Virus record (IMG/VR): IMGVR_UViG_3300029928_000001
Coordinates: 1 to 64,000 of that record
Length of the DNA stretch: 64,000 bases
Reading direction: 5' to 3' (one strand)
Origin: a virus
Taxonomy: Duplodnaviria; Caudoviricetes
Shown here: positions 1 through 9,175 of the stretch, piece by piece
Layout: every line of letters starts with the position of its first letter
How positions within the stretch are numbered: position 1 is the first letter of the stretch
Position numbers and translations under genes: made by a program
Notes under the pieces: model-generated
Told to the model about the DNA's origin: nothing
The model's database searches: none
Seen by the model: the letters and a program-made list of their open reading frames with translations, nothing else

Positions 1-1
1 T

Positions 2-208
2 AAATTTAAAGAAAGAAAAAATGAAGAATTTTTTAATGGATTGGCAAAAATATTATATGCTGCCATAAAAAATAAACATTATTATTTTACTTTTTTTAAT
101 TCCAATACTTTTACTTTAGGAACTTTAGAATTAAAAGTATTATCGTATTTATATGAATATAAAATATTAAATATATTAAATGTATATGAAAAGGAGATTC
201 ATGATTAA
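2..208 (+). CDS. 3' end of hypothetical protein (truncated by window start)
   Basis: Open frame KFKERKNEEFF...VYEKEIHD ending TAA 206-208, overlapping next ATG. Confidence 0.6.
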   Translation, partial: KFKERKNEEFFNGLAKILYAAIKNKHYYFTFFNSNTFTLGTLELKVLSYLYEYKILNILNVYEKEIHD

Positions 209-1100
209 CTATTATTGTCCTGATTTTGTTGTTGGTAGAAAATTTTATGAATTATTTTTAAAATATCAAAAAGATTTTCCAGAAATGTTTTATCCTAATA
301 CAAAAATAAAAGCTGTTTTTGGAAATTTTCCAAATTGTATTTGGAATGGAGGAGGAACATTTTTTGGAGATTTAATACATGAAATATCAGAAATTAAATA
401 TTATTTAGATTTTTTTGCTGATAATAATATTTTAATACAATTTACTATGACTAATCCTTTAATTTCGGAAATAGATTGTTATGATCGTTATGGTAATTTT
501 TTATTAAATTTAATCGAAGAATGCTATTTAAAACAAGCGGAAGTTTTGGTTTCTTCTGAAGTTTTAGAAAATTATATTAGAAAATATTATCCTAATATTA
601 CAATGAGTCGTAGTGTAGTTAATACAAAAGAAGATTATGATTTTAAAGCTGCTTTGAAAAAATTTAATAATATTGTATTACCTGTAAGATATATGAATAA
701 TTTTAAATTTTTATCTCAATTTAATCAAGAAGAAAAAAATCATATAGAAATTTTAGGATCAGACCGTTGTGCTTCAAATTGTCCAAGATTATGTACACAT
801 TATGAAGAATTTGCCAAAGCTTCTTTGTATATGGGATCAGCTTTTCCTACGTATAATTCCAATATTTTATGTACTAATGATTATAGTAATGATATTATAA
901 ATTCTAGTCATAACCAAAATCGTTTTTTAATTTCTTATGAAACTTTTATAAAAGATTATGTTCCTAAAGGATTTTTTAACTGTAAATTAACTGGACGAGG
1001 AAATTTATATATTTTAATGTCAAATATAATTCCATATATGGTAAAACCTGAATATCAATTGGGATTATTTAAAAATATATTGTTAAATTTAGGAGTGTAA
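201..1100 (+). CDS. Peptidase U32-like (putative Fe-S, TIM-barrel) protein, paralog 1
   Basis: AAGGAG RBS before ATG 201; motifs FGNFPNCIWNGG, CxxxC (DRCASNC..HY), KLTGR resembling U32 KIEGR; paralogs at 23290 and 29742. Confidence 0.6.
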   Translation: MINYYCPDFVVGRKFYELFLKYQKDFPEMFYPNTKIKAVFGNFPNCIWNGGGTFFGDLIHEISEIKYYLDFFADNNILIQFTMTNPLISEIDCYDRYGNFLLNLIEECYLKQAEVLVSSEVLENYIRKYYPNITMSRSVVNTKEDYDFKAALKKFNNIVLPVRYMNNFKFLSQFNQEEKNHIEILGSDRCASNCPRLCTHYEEFAKASLYMGSAFPTYNSNILCTNDYSNDIINSSHNQNRFLISYETFIKDYVPKGFFNCKLTGRGNLYILMSNIIPYMVKPEYQLGLFKNILLNLGV

Positions 1101-1101
1101 A

Positions 1102-1650
1102 ATGGAACTTATATTTAAATCAGGCGAAAAAGAAATTTTTTGTTTAAACATTGAAGATAATTTATATTCTGATATTGTTTTTGGGACAGGAAAAGTAAAA
1201 GAAATTTCAATAGTACATACTATTCAAAATTCTGACGAATATACATTAAATAATATATATGAAAAAATAAAAGATTTAAAAAATTATGATATAAATACGA
1301 TTATTGTTTATTATGATAAAGAACATTATTTTAACTTTCATTTTCCTATAAAAGATATATATTATAGAACTTTAGATTATATGCGAGAACAAAAAATTTT
1401 ATTTCAAGAAAATTTATCTATTCGTTTTGAAGAAGATAATGAGATTTTTTTACAAGATTTAAATGGTCATATTTTATGTGATGAAAAACAATGTAAATAT
1501 TTTACTAAGGAAAAATGTAATAAATATAATAAATCTTTAAAAAAATATCATTATTCTTATGAAGTATGTGAAAATTGTGCTTTAGAAATGTGGAGCACAA
1601 CAAAGTTTGGAAAACTTTTTATTAATAAATTATGGGAGGAATATAAATGA
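1102..1650 (+). CDS. Hypothetical protein with C-terminal Cys cluster
   Basis: AGGAG RBS, ORF 182 aa, C-x4-C-x7-C...CxxC near C-terminus. Confidence 0.65.
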   Translation: MELIFKSGEKEIFCLNIEDNLYSDIVFGTGKVKEISIVHTIQNSDEYTLNNIYEKIKDLKNYDINTIIVYYDKEHYFNFHFPIKDIYYRTLDYMREQKILFQENLSIRFEEDNEIFLQDLNGHILCDEKQCKYFTKEKCNKYNKSLKKYHYSYEVCENCALEMWSTTKFGKLFINKLWEEYK

Positions 1651-2021
1651 GTTATTATAAAATTAATTATATAGAAAATGGTGTTGAAAAAAACTTTTCA
1701 ACAAAAACTGGAAAGGAAAAAATTCTTTTTACAGTAAGAAAAGATAATCAAGTAAATATTGATACTTCATTCTCATTTCGTCTAGTTCATCCTTCAAGTT
1801 ATAATATGAACAATTCATTGGTTGATCTTTATGATTTATTAAATCACGAAAATATTAGTATGGTAAAAATATATTTAATTTCTGATGATAATCATGAATC
1901 ATTGTTATATTGTTTTGAAGAAATCCATAATATTAGTTTAGAATTTGAATCTTATGAAGATGCTTCTGTAAGTTTAAGTGATGTACAGAATATTTTTGAA
2001 ACACGAGTGGTTATATCATGA
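1647..2021 (+). CDS. Hypothetical protein
   Basis: GGGAGG RBS, ATGA overlap with upstream stop. Confidence 0.65.
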   Translation: MSYYKINYIENGVEKNFSTKTGKEKILFTVRKDNQVNIDTSFSFRLVHPSSYNMNNSLVDLYDLLNHENISMVKIYLISDDNHESLLYCFEEIHNISLEFESYEDASVSLSDVQNIFETRVVIS

Positions 2022-2695
2022 GTTTAGAATAGAATGCGAAAGCGGCTTGGGCCGACATCACAGCACTTTATGATAGATTAAATACAGAGCGTTCTCGTTT
2101 TAGTTTTTCTACTATAACACCATCCAATAACGAAAAAATTGTTCCAATGGATATTATTAATTTAAAATAGTATATATAGGAAATGACATCAAATTCTGCT
2201 CTTACATAGACAGCACAGACTACTTTAATATCAGAACCAGAAGTAGGCGCATTAATTAAACCAGTAGCTTTTAATCAAATGTCAACAATTATTGACAATA
2301 TAAAAAATACCCCAACTAATTCTACTAATTATAGCTATAGTTGTAGTAGTTATAATGGATCTAATTATAGTTATAATAATAGTAATCATGGATATACTGG
2401 TGGAGTTATAGATCTATGTCCTGGCAATTAGAGTGTTTGTTCTTCTAATACAACCGGTTTAAGTAGTAATTATGGATATTAGTCCACTCCTGGTTGTGTT
2501 TATTACCAAGGCACCACAAGATCTACTAATTATAGTTATAACTCAGGAAATTATAGCTATAATGCTACTAATTATAGTTATAATAGTAGCAATAATAGTT
2601 GGAACTCTGGTAATTATGGATGGAATTCTGGTAATTATGGATGGAATTCTGGTAATTATGGATATAATAGTTCAAATTATTCAGTAAGGAGATAA
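2018..2695 (+). CDS. Putative radical SAM substrate protein (225 aa with TAG=Gln): helical-repeat N-domain plus N/Y/S/W/G-rich repeat tail
   Basis: Missed by ORF track; ATGA-coupled start, 6 in-frame TAG (2030,2168,2177,2207,2429,2480), ends TAA; tail ...NYSYNSGNYSYNATNYSYNSSNNSWNSGNYGWNSGNYGWNSGNYGYNSSNYSVRR. Confidence 0.8.
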
Positions 2696-2707
2696 CAAAA
2701 AATAAAT

Positions 2708-4111
2708 ATGGATATACACAAAATTAGTTTATTATCAGCTATTGGATGTAATTTATAGTGTAAATATTGTAATATTGATAAAACTTTAAATAATTCTGTA
2801 TCTACAATTTTAAATAACACAATCGAAGCTTTAAAAGATGGATCTTACCTAAATAATATTATTTCAATTTTAAATAAATTTGATTAGCCAATAAAAAATA
2901 TTGAAAGTATAGAAATTTGGGGACAAGAGCCTACAATGACATTAATGTATTTAGCTGATAAATGGGAAGATTGGGCAAATTCTTTTATTAATCTTGATAG
3001 AATTTTTTTCTCTACTAACGGTATGGCGAATATTGATTCAATTATTTATTTTATTAAACAAGTAGATAAATATAGTAAACGACAATTAGTTTTAAATATT
3101 TAGGTATCTTATGATGGAGAAAAAAGTACTAATGAAATTAGAGGTGCTAATAGTAATATTATAAAAGAAAATATTAGTGCTTTAATACTTTTTTTAAATT
3201 CATATCAATTCAAAAATATTAAAGTTGATATATTCTTCCATGGGGTTTTAAGTAATTATTTAGCAAAACAATTAAATGATTTCAATAAATTAGAAGAATA
3301 TATAAATGAAATAGATATATTTTTAAATGATTTACGTTCTATATCTATGAATAAATTTGTTTCAATCGGAACAATGACTTTATAGAATGAAAATGGCGGA
3401 GAATATACTACCGAAGATGGTGTTATTTTAGCTGAAATCATGCGTAAATTAGATTATATAAAAAATTCTAAACAAACATTTATAAATGAACATCAATGTC
3501 CGATTTCATTAGATATTATTGGTGGCGTTAGTGAAATTATTTTAGATAAGTTTAGATCAGATAAAGATATTATTAATTAGTTTATTTTAAATCCAAATGA
3601 ACATACTTTTTGTACTTTTTGCGCTCCTTTGGTCGGAGATCTTAAAGTAATGTATGATGGAACAATTGTTTCTTGCCAAAATGCTATTTACGATATTTTT
3701 GGTATTGAAGAAGATAAAGTTGAAAAAAATATTCGTAATTATGCGAGAATCTCTGAATATAAACATAATCATTTGTTTAATCCATTAACTGCTTCTGATG
3801 AAATTATTGATATTTATATCAATTATGTTGAAAAAAGTATGCATAATGGCGTTGGGCAATTTATGTTGTCTACTTTAGCTAATTATATATACATAATGGC
3901 AAAAACAGGTCAAGTTTCTAGCAGTTATTTAACTGATTTTGAAAAAATAAAACGGCATGCTTTTTATTTAACTAACATAAATACTTGTTATTATAATTTA
4001 GTTGTTTTATCAGGCTCAGCTTTTACACGAAATACAAGTGATATTCGATTATTTTGTAATGGAGTATTAGATTTATTAGATAAAGATATAGAGGATATAT
4101 TAAATGTATAA
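2708..4111 (+). CDS. Radical SAM protein with SPASM/twitch-like C-terminus (467 aa, TAG=Gln)
   Basis: CNL[TAG]CKYC motif, WGQEP, FSTNG, [TAG]VSYDG, C...DGTIVSC; 5 in-frame TAG and no TAA/TGA until 4109. Confidence 0.88.
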
Positions 4112-5540
4112 TAATTATTCAACACAAGAAAAAGAATTATTTAATTATTATTTAGATAATGATGCTTTTCCTATACCAAATAATGATAAAATTTTAAACA
4201 TTAACAAACATGGGTTAGAATTAATTGTTCGACCAAATTGTAATCAAACTTGCGAATATTGTTATATATATTAGCATGGAAATGAATTATACCCTGATAA
4301 TCATTTTTCTAAAGAAGAACAATTAAAACATATACAATTAATTTTAGATTGGATTTTTTTTGAAAGAAGAAATTATTTTTATAAAATTGAATTATTTGCT
4401 GGAGATTTATTTTATGATGAAATTTTTATAGATTTTTTAAATTTATATGAAACTTATTTAAAACAATTTAAAAAAGAATATGATTATATTTTTAAAATTC
4501 GCTCTACAATTATTATTCCTAGTAATATGCGCTTTGTCGTTGAAAAGCCAGAAATAGCAAAAAAAGTAAAAGAATTTCATGATTATTTTTTAAAAGAATA
4601 TAATTTAAAAATAGCATTTTCTTGGTCTAGTGATGGTCCTTATGGAACTTTTGAACGAGAAAGAATAGAATTGGATGATTCATATTTTGATCAAATTTTT
4701 AAATATTGTTTTAGTATGGATGCTGGATATCATCCAATGACTTCGGCTCATAATGTTTTCTTTTTAAAAGATAATTATGACTGGTGGCTAAGAAAGATGA
4801 AAGAATTTGCCCCAGAAGATACAGATTATCGTTATTGTGATTTTGCTCCTTCTTTCTTAGAAGTTCGTAATGGTAAAAGTTGGACTGAAGAATCTATTCA
4901 AGCTTATTTAGATTTTTTAACTTATGCCATGGAAAAAAGATATGAGATATGTGGAAGTAATATTGAAATGTTGACAGAGCATTTTTTTGCTTCAGACCTT
5001 GCTCAACAACATAATTTACCACGAACAACTGGATATGATCATTTATCATTAAATTATTTTGAAGATAGTATGAAACAAATAGAAAGTTATTCTTGCGGAC
5101 TACAATCAGAAATACATATTAATTGTATTAATATGTCTTTTGTACCTTGTCATCGCACCGCTTATCCATTATTTACAGGAGCATATTTTATTTTAAGCAA
5201 TGATAATAGTAAAATTATTGATATAAAAGTTAATAATTTTAGTACTTATTATACATTAAAAACTGCCAGTATACAAAATGTACCGGTTTGTAATATTTGT
5301 GAATACAAAAATTTATGTATAAAAGGTTGTCCTGGAGCGCAATATGAAGATTCAGGAGAATTATTTTTACCAATTCCTTCAGTATGTAATTTATTCCGTA
5401 AAAAACTTGATCATTTAATTAAATTATATAATGATTATAATATATTACAAAATGCTATTGATAAAAAATTTATTACTGGAAAAGCAAAAGATTTTTTTAT
5501 AAAAAAATCTAAAGAATTGGGGTATGATTTATATGAATGA
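4104..5540 (+). CDS. Radical SAM/SPASM maturase (478 aa, TAG=Gln)
   Basis: CNQTCEYC motif upstream of single in-frame TAG 4272; SPASM SCG...PCHR...CNICEYKNLCIKGC...C. Confidence 0.9.
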
Positions 5541-5913
5541 AAAAGAAAATTTTTTAAGAAGTTTGCGTGAAAATATCACAAATAATTCTTTAACTTTACT
5601 AGAAAAAAATTAGTTGTTATTAAAAACATTTTTACTATTATTATCTCAAAATGAAAATGATAAAGATATATGGGAAGAAATAATAAAATTATGTTATTTA
5701 ATTATAGGAGATAATAATACTAATAATAATAGTTGGAATCAACCACATTTAGATAAAAAATATAAAATGTGGGAAATGAATTGTGAAAATATAGAAAATA
5801 ATGAAAAAGATGAAGAGATTTATAATAATTTAACTGATATAGAAAAAAGAATTTTTTCTTATAGAGTTTTATGCCCAAAATCTTCTGACTATAATTTTAA
5901 TCCTTTTTTCTAA
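5533..5913 (+). CDS. Hypothetical protein (TAG=Gln extends ORF 5614)
   Basis: ATG 5533 overlaps rSAM stop; one TAG at 5611. Confidence 0.6.
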
Positions 5914-5984
5914 TATTTGAAAAATAATAAAATTTTTTATATAATATTAATATAAAAAAATATAAATAAAAAGGAAAAAGAAAA

Positions 5985-6347
5985 ATGAAGAAATGGTTAG
6001 TTTATGCGTGTGAAGGCTATTTTGGTGGTTTTCATGGAATTGAAGATTATACCGTCATAGAAGTTCCAGATGATTGGACTGAGGATTTTATTTATTCAGA
6101 ATATGTTCCTGAAATGTCTGAACGACTTATGGAATCTTATGGAGATATTTATGATAGCCTGGCTGACAGAGAAGATTATAATTCTGAAGAAGAATATTGT
6201 GAAGCTTTAGAAAACGCTATTCGTGAAAATATTGATGGTTATGTTGTACAAATTCGTGATGATGTAAAAAAATCTACAGAGGAACTTGATAAGATTCTTT
6301 GTTATGAAGGACATAATTATTTTCGTGAAAAATATTGCGTAAATTGA
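5985..6347 (+). CDS. Acidic hypothetical protein
   Basis: Own promoter and AAGGA RBS; ORF 120 aa. Confidence 0.7.
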   Translation: MKKWLVYACEGYFGGFHGIEDYTVIEVPDDWTEDFIYSEYVPEMSERLMESYGDIYDSLADREDYNSEEEYCEALENAIRENIDGYVVQIRDDVKKSTEELDKILCYEGHNYFREKYCVN

Positions 6348-6372
6348 AAAATTTAAAAAAATATGTTATAAT
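6344..6372 (+). promoter_or_regulatory. sigmaA-type promoter with extended -10
   Basis: TTGAAA-17 nt-TATAAT preceded by TG; same architecture recurs at 7320, 8827, 9518, 24230, 35934 and elsewhere. Confidence 0.8.
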
Positions 6373-6377
6373 AAATA

Positions 6378-6745
6378 TGTAAAAAATGTTTTAAGCAGGA
6401 AGAACCATGCTGACACATTTATAACACAATATCAATACCAATACTTTGGAGAGCTTACCACTCTCCATACGGGCATCGTAAAGGAATACCTCCACGTGGT
6501 GTGCCTGGATAGTATTCGTCGAAAACATCATTGGCGAAGCTAACTGAAGTTCCAAGTCTTAGAAAATGTGAGTTGATGTTTGTAAACATTTTCGCTGTCA
6601 TTGCCAGACGCACCTGGCTTGCGGGACGGTCATTGTCGAAACCGCAAATACAACAATACCTTTTGGTTTGATTAATTTGATTTATGAAAAACAAGAAATT
6701 CCGGCAATAATGAAGTAGGGAGCCGTAGAAAATGACTGAAAGATG
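6378..6745 (+). ncRNA. Putative structured ncRNA region containing an HDV-like ribozyme
   Basis: Promoter-driven, no credible ORF, GC-richer, multiple hairpins (GAAAATGT/ACATTTTC, GCCAG/CTGGC, TTGCGG/CCGCAA). Confidence 0.5.
6471..6553 (+). ncRNA. HDV-like self-cleaving ribozyme with P4
   Basis: P1 GGGCAT/GTGCCT, P2 GGAAT/GTTCC, P3 ACC/GGT, L3 TCCACGT, P1.1 GG, P4 hairpin 6510-6542, J4/2 ACTGAA. Confidence 0.62.
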
Positions 6746-6778
6746 ATTTTTTTAAAAAAGTAAAGGAAGTTTTCAAAA

Positions 6779-6961
6779 ATGTACATTTGTCCAACTTGTA
6801 GGAAACAATTTAATGAAGAAAAAAAATTAGTTAAACATTTTTTAGCTTGTTGGAAAGAACAACATCCAAGTCATCAATCAAAAGACGCTCCTCGAAGTAA
6901 AAATATTGAAACTAGAGAAGTAAATAATGATATTATGAATTTCTTTAATTCTTTTAAATAA
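6779..6961 (+). CDS. Small C2H2-type zinc-finger protein
   Basis: CPTC-x12-H...H pattern, AAGGA RBS. Confidence 0.65.
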   Translation: MYICPTCRKQFNEEKKLVKHFLACWKEQHPSHQSKDAPRSKNIETREVNNDIMNFFNSFK

Positions 6962-6972
6962 AGGAGATTTTT

Positions 6973-7323
6973 ATGACAGAAGTAGCGGTTAAAACGCATC
7001 TCATAATTCAGGATATTCATGAAGAATACCATATTAAATGGTGTGGTAAGATTGCCGACACTAAACCGAAATTCAAAAATGGTAAACCTATTTTTATTGT
7101 AGTAGGTAGTAGAGGTAGATGTGAACTCAATACTGTTAATATGAAACGAATTGAACATTGTGCTAAATTAATGACTGCACCAAAGGGACGACAAGCTATA
7201 ACAACTGATACTGCGAGAATTTTTATTAAAGAAGAAAATGGCAATGAAAAATTAATGGGGGTTTTAACTCATAACCATGTGAAAACTTTTGCTCCTATGT
7301 TTGATAAATTTGAATATATTTGA
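6973..7323 (+). CDS. Hypothetical protein
   Basis: AAGGAG RBS; ORF 116 aa. Confidence 0.7.
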   Translation: MTEVAVKTHLIIQDIHEEYHIKWCGKIADTKPKFKNGKPIFIVVGSRGRCELNTVNMKRIEHCAKLMTAPKGRQAITTDTARIFIKEENGNEKLMGVLTHNHVKTFAPMFDKFEYI

Positions 7324-7348
7324 AAAAATAAAAAATTTATGATATAAT
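7320..7348 (+). promoter_or_regulatory. Promoter of tRNA/ncRNA operon
   Basis: TTGAAA-17-TATAAT with TG. Confidence 0.75.
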
Positions 7349-7497
7349 ATATATGTAAAAAGTTAAAAATACTTTTTACCAACAGCAGATGGAGTTGTAA
7401 AACTTGCTGGTGAGGTTAAGCAAGGGTTTATCCAAGAATCGCAAAAACCGGATGTCTGTGTGGCAACAACACAGAATAATAAATTTGTTGCAGATAT

Positions 7498-7573
7498 AGG
7501 GGGCTGGTGAATAAGTAAACACAATTGGCTTTGACCCAATTACTACCGGGAGCGTTACCCGGGCCCCTTGCCA
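7498..7573 (+). tRNA. tRNA-Gln(TTG), atypical T-loop
   Basis: Anticodon arm ATTGG-CTTTGAC-CCAAT; acceptor AGGGGGC/GCCCCTT, G73, CCA; T-loop AGCGTTA. Confidence 0.8.
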
Positions 7574-7585
7574 AGTAGATTATTA

Positions 7586-7651
7586 GAGATACTAATAGCG
7601 ATTATTTGCTTAATAGCGTCGATTTTGGGAATTGATTTAAATAGTATCTCG
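7586..7651 (+). ncRNA. Divergent copy of stem-ACAGCAA RNA module
   Basis: GAGATACTA/TAGTATCTC stem, ATAGCGA in place of ACAGCAA, 3' G. Confidence 0.45.
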
Positions 7652-7657
7652 TTTTAT

Positions 7658-7731
7658 ATGGGAGTAGTGTAGTGGAAACATAAGTGGTTTGGGACCATTT
7701 GTTGGGAGTTCGATTCTCTCCTCCTGTACCA
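7658..7731 (+). tRNA. tRNA-Pro(TGG)
   Basis: AGTGG-TTTGGGA-CCATT anticodon arm, GTTCGA T-loop, CCA. Confidence 0.85.
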
Positions 7732-7765
7732 ACACCTTTGTTGTGAGCGAAGCGAACAGCAAAAA

Positions 7766-7825
7766 AAGACATTTACAGCAATCTTTTTCTTAATAAGGCG
7801 AAAATAAAAAGAAAATAATGTCTTG
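7766..7825 (+). ncRNA. Stem-ACAGCAA RNA module copy 1
   Basis: AAGACATT-TACAGCAA...AATGTCTT-G. Confidence 0.65.
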
Positions 7826-7831
7826 TTTTAT

Positions 7832-7921
7832 CGAAGAGTAAGCCTAATGGTAAGGCAGCGGTTTGCTAAACCGTCAGTAGTCGGCAACGGCGTGGAGGTT
7901 CAAGTCCTCTCTCTTCGGCCA
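7832..7921 (+). tRNA. tRNA-Ser(GCT)
   Basis: GCGGT-TTGCTAA-ACCGT, long variable arm, G73, CCA. Confidence 0.9.
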
Positions 7922-7961
7922 CACAGAACTGAATATATGAGGTGAGCATAAGCGAACCTCA

Positions 7962-8080
7962 TAGGCACAAACAGCAATTTTAACAGATCCTAACTGTTAA
8001 CAGGAGTTCGAATCTCCTTTTGCGCGTCCGGCGCAAATAGTCAAGCGGATAAGACCACAGTATATATTCTTAGTGCCTAG
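7962..8080 (+). ncRNA. Stem-ACAGCAA module copy 2 carrying a circularly permuted tRNA-Glu-like domain (Y-RNA-like)
   Basis: TAGGCAC/GTGCCTA-G stem; inside: ACTGT-TAAC-T arm-TTTGCGC-gtccg-GCGCAAA-D arm-ACAGT (7993-8061). Confidence 0.78.
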
Positions 8081-8090
8081 TAACTTTTAA

Positions 8091-8178
8091 GCGGCGGTGT
8101 TGGAATCGGGTAGACAATTCGGTCTTAAAAACCGATGAGCGCCAGCTCGTGCGGGTTCGAATCCCGCTCGCCGCACCA
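8091..8178 (+). tRNA. tRNA-Leu(TAA)
   Basis: TCGGT-CTTAAAA-ACCGA, long variable arm, A73, CCA. Confidence 0.92.
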
Positions 8179-8185
8179 CAGATAT

Positions 8186-8261
8186 GCTAACATGGCGCAA
8201 TTGGCAGCGCAGCGCTCTTGTAAAGCGCAGGTTGAGAGTTCGATTCTCTCTGTTAGCTCCA
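8186..8261 (+). tRNA. tRNA-Thr(TGT)
   Basis: CGCT-CTTGTAA-AGCG, T73, CCA. Confidence 0.92.
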
Positions 8262-8264
8262 TTA

Positions 8265-8319
8265 AAGACTCGTTCAGCAATTTTAGGCACAATCTTTTAA
8301 ATTGTATACCAGAGTCTAG
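8265..8319 (+). ncRNA. Stem-CAGCAA module copy 3 with Lys(TTT)-like anticodon stem-loop cargo
   Basis: AGACTC/GAGTCT-AG stem; ACAAT-CTTTTAA-ATTGT at 8289-8305. Confidence 0.65.
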
Positions 8320-8407
8320 TTTATTTACCGAACTTGCCAAGCTTCTTCTTAGCTCAAATCGGCAAGACTTTTATTCTTAGTGAGTTAATAATTAACTCAC
8401 TTAATAT

Positions 8408-8493
8408 GGAGAGTACCCGAATGGTTAGGAACAAGATTTGAAATCTTGGGTGGCGTAACAGCTTACAGGGTTCGATTCCCTGACTCTCTTCCA
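8408..8493 (+). tRNA. tRNA-Ser(TGA)
   Basis: CAAGA-TTTGAAA-TCTTG, variable arm, CCA; discriminator T atypical. Confidence 0.82.
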
Positions 8494-8496
8494 TAT

Positions 8497-8570
8497 GCAG
8501 AATTAGTATAACAGTAGTATCTCAGTCTTCCAAGCTGAGGGCACGAGGTCAGCACTCGTATTCTGCTCCA
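8497..8570 (+). tRNA. tRNA-Gly(TCC), atypical T-loop
   Basis: TCAGT-CTTCCAA-GCTGA, GCAGAAT/ATTCTGC, T73, CCA. Confidence 0.85.
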
Positions 8571-8745
8571 AGCAGTCGATTGATCTTACCACTAGGACAT
8601 CGACAGTTGTTGGACGAAGGTAAGCGTCACGAACAACCGTTCCTGGAACTCGAGATGAACAGGTTAGCTTTATATTAAGTTGAGGGCTTAGTTCCATACG
8701 AAAATCAATACTAATATAAAGTAGTCCCAGTACGAAATCTGGGTA
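8571..8745 (+). ncRNA. Unidentified structured RNA between tRNA-Gly and tRNA-Ile
   Basis: Hairpins GTCGAT/ATCGAC, GTTGTT/AACAAC, GGAACT/AGTTCC, CCCAG/CTGGG; loop-loop complement CTTACC/GGTAAG. Confidence 0.45.
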
Positions 8746-8750
8746 TTTAT

Positions 8751-8826
8751 GCGCCTTGTCCTCGACGGTTTTGAGGGCGCGTCTTATAAGCGTGTACACA
8801 TAGTTCGACTCTATGAGGGCGCACCA
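8751..8826 (+). tRNA. tRNA-Ile(TAT)
   Basis: CGCGT-CTTATAA-GCGTG, A73, CCA. Confidence 0.87.
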
Positions 8827-8921
8827 TTGAAAAATTAAAAAAATTATGATATAATAAATCATAATTAAAAATTAAAGTTCCGCTTTTGAGCGGAGCGAGA
8901 AAGCGAAAGGAAATGAAGTAT

Positions 8922-9161
8922 ATGAAAAAATTAAATAGTTTAGAAGCATTAAGAAATGAAGCTGGTTTAAAACCAGTAGAAGCAAGAGCTGAAAAAGATG
9001 TTATTTGCCGAAAGTGCGGTTCTGTGATGCGTAAAACCGGCGATAATGTTTATGTTTGTGATGGTGCCGCAAAAGACAAGGACGGCAACGTTATTAAAAA
9101 TAAAGATGGTTCTGATAAAAGATGCGGATACTTTTATATCCGTCATAAGAAGACCGCATAA
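8922..9161 (+). CDS. Small basic zinc-ribbon protein
   Basis: CRKC...C...C; RBS AAAGGA; promoter 8827-8855. Confidence 0.7.
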   Translation: MKKLNSLEALRNEAGLKPVEARAEKDVICRKCGSVMRKTGDNVYVCDGAAKDKDGNVIKNKDGSDKRCGYFYIRHKKTA

Positions 9162-9175
9162 GGTCTTCGGTGTAA

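Noticed and set aside
2472-2687. 71-aa hydrophobic ORF (MDGILVI repeats)
   Set aside because: Shadow frame of the WNSGNYG repeats in the TAG-containing gene 2018-2695
6394-6416. CAGGAAGAACCATGCTGACAC resembles the RNase P type B 5' conserved region
   Set aside because: No complementary CATGG P4 partner found downstream
7370-7495. SAM-riboswitch-like fragments (TTATCCAAGA, GGCAAC) in the tRNA operon leader
   Set aside because: Core pairings absent; may be structured RNA but cannot be assigned
8408-8493. Possible selenocysteine/opal suppressor tRNA
   Set aside because: Anticodon is TGA (reads TCA, Ser), not TCA
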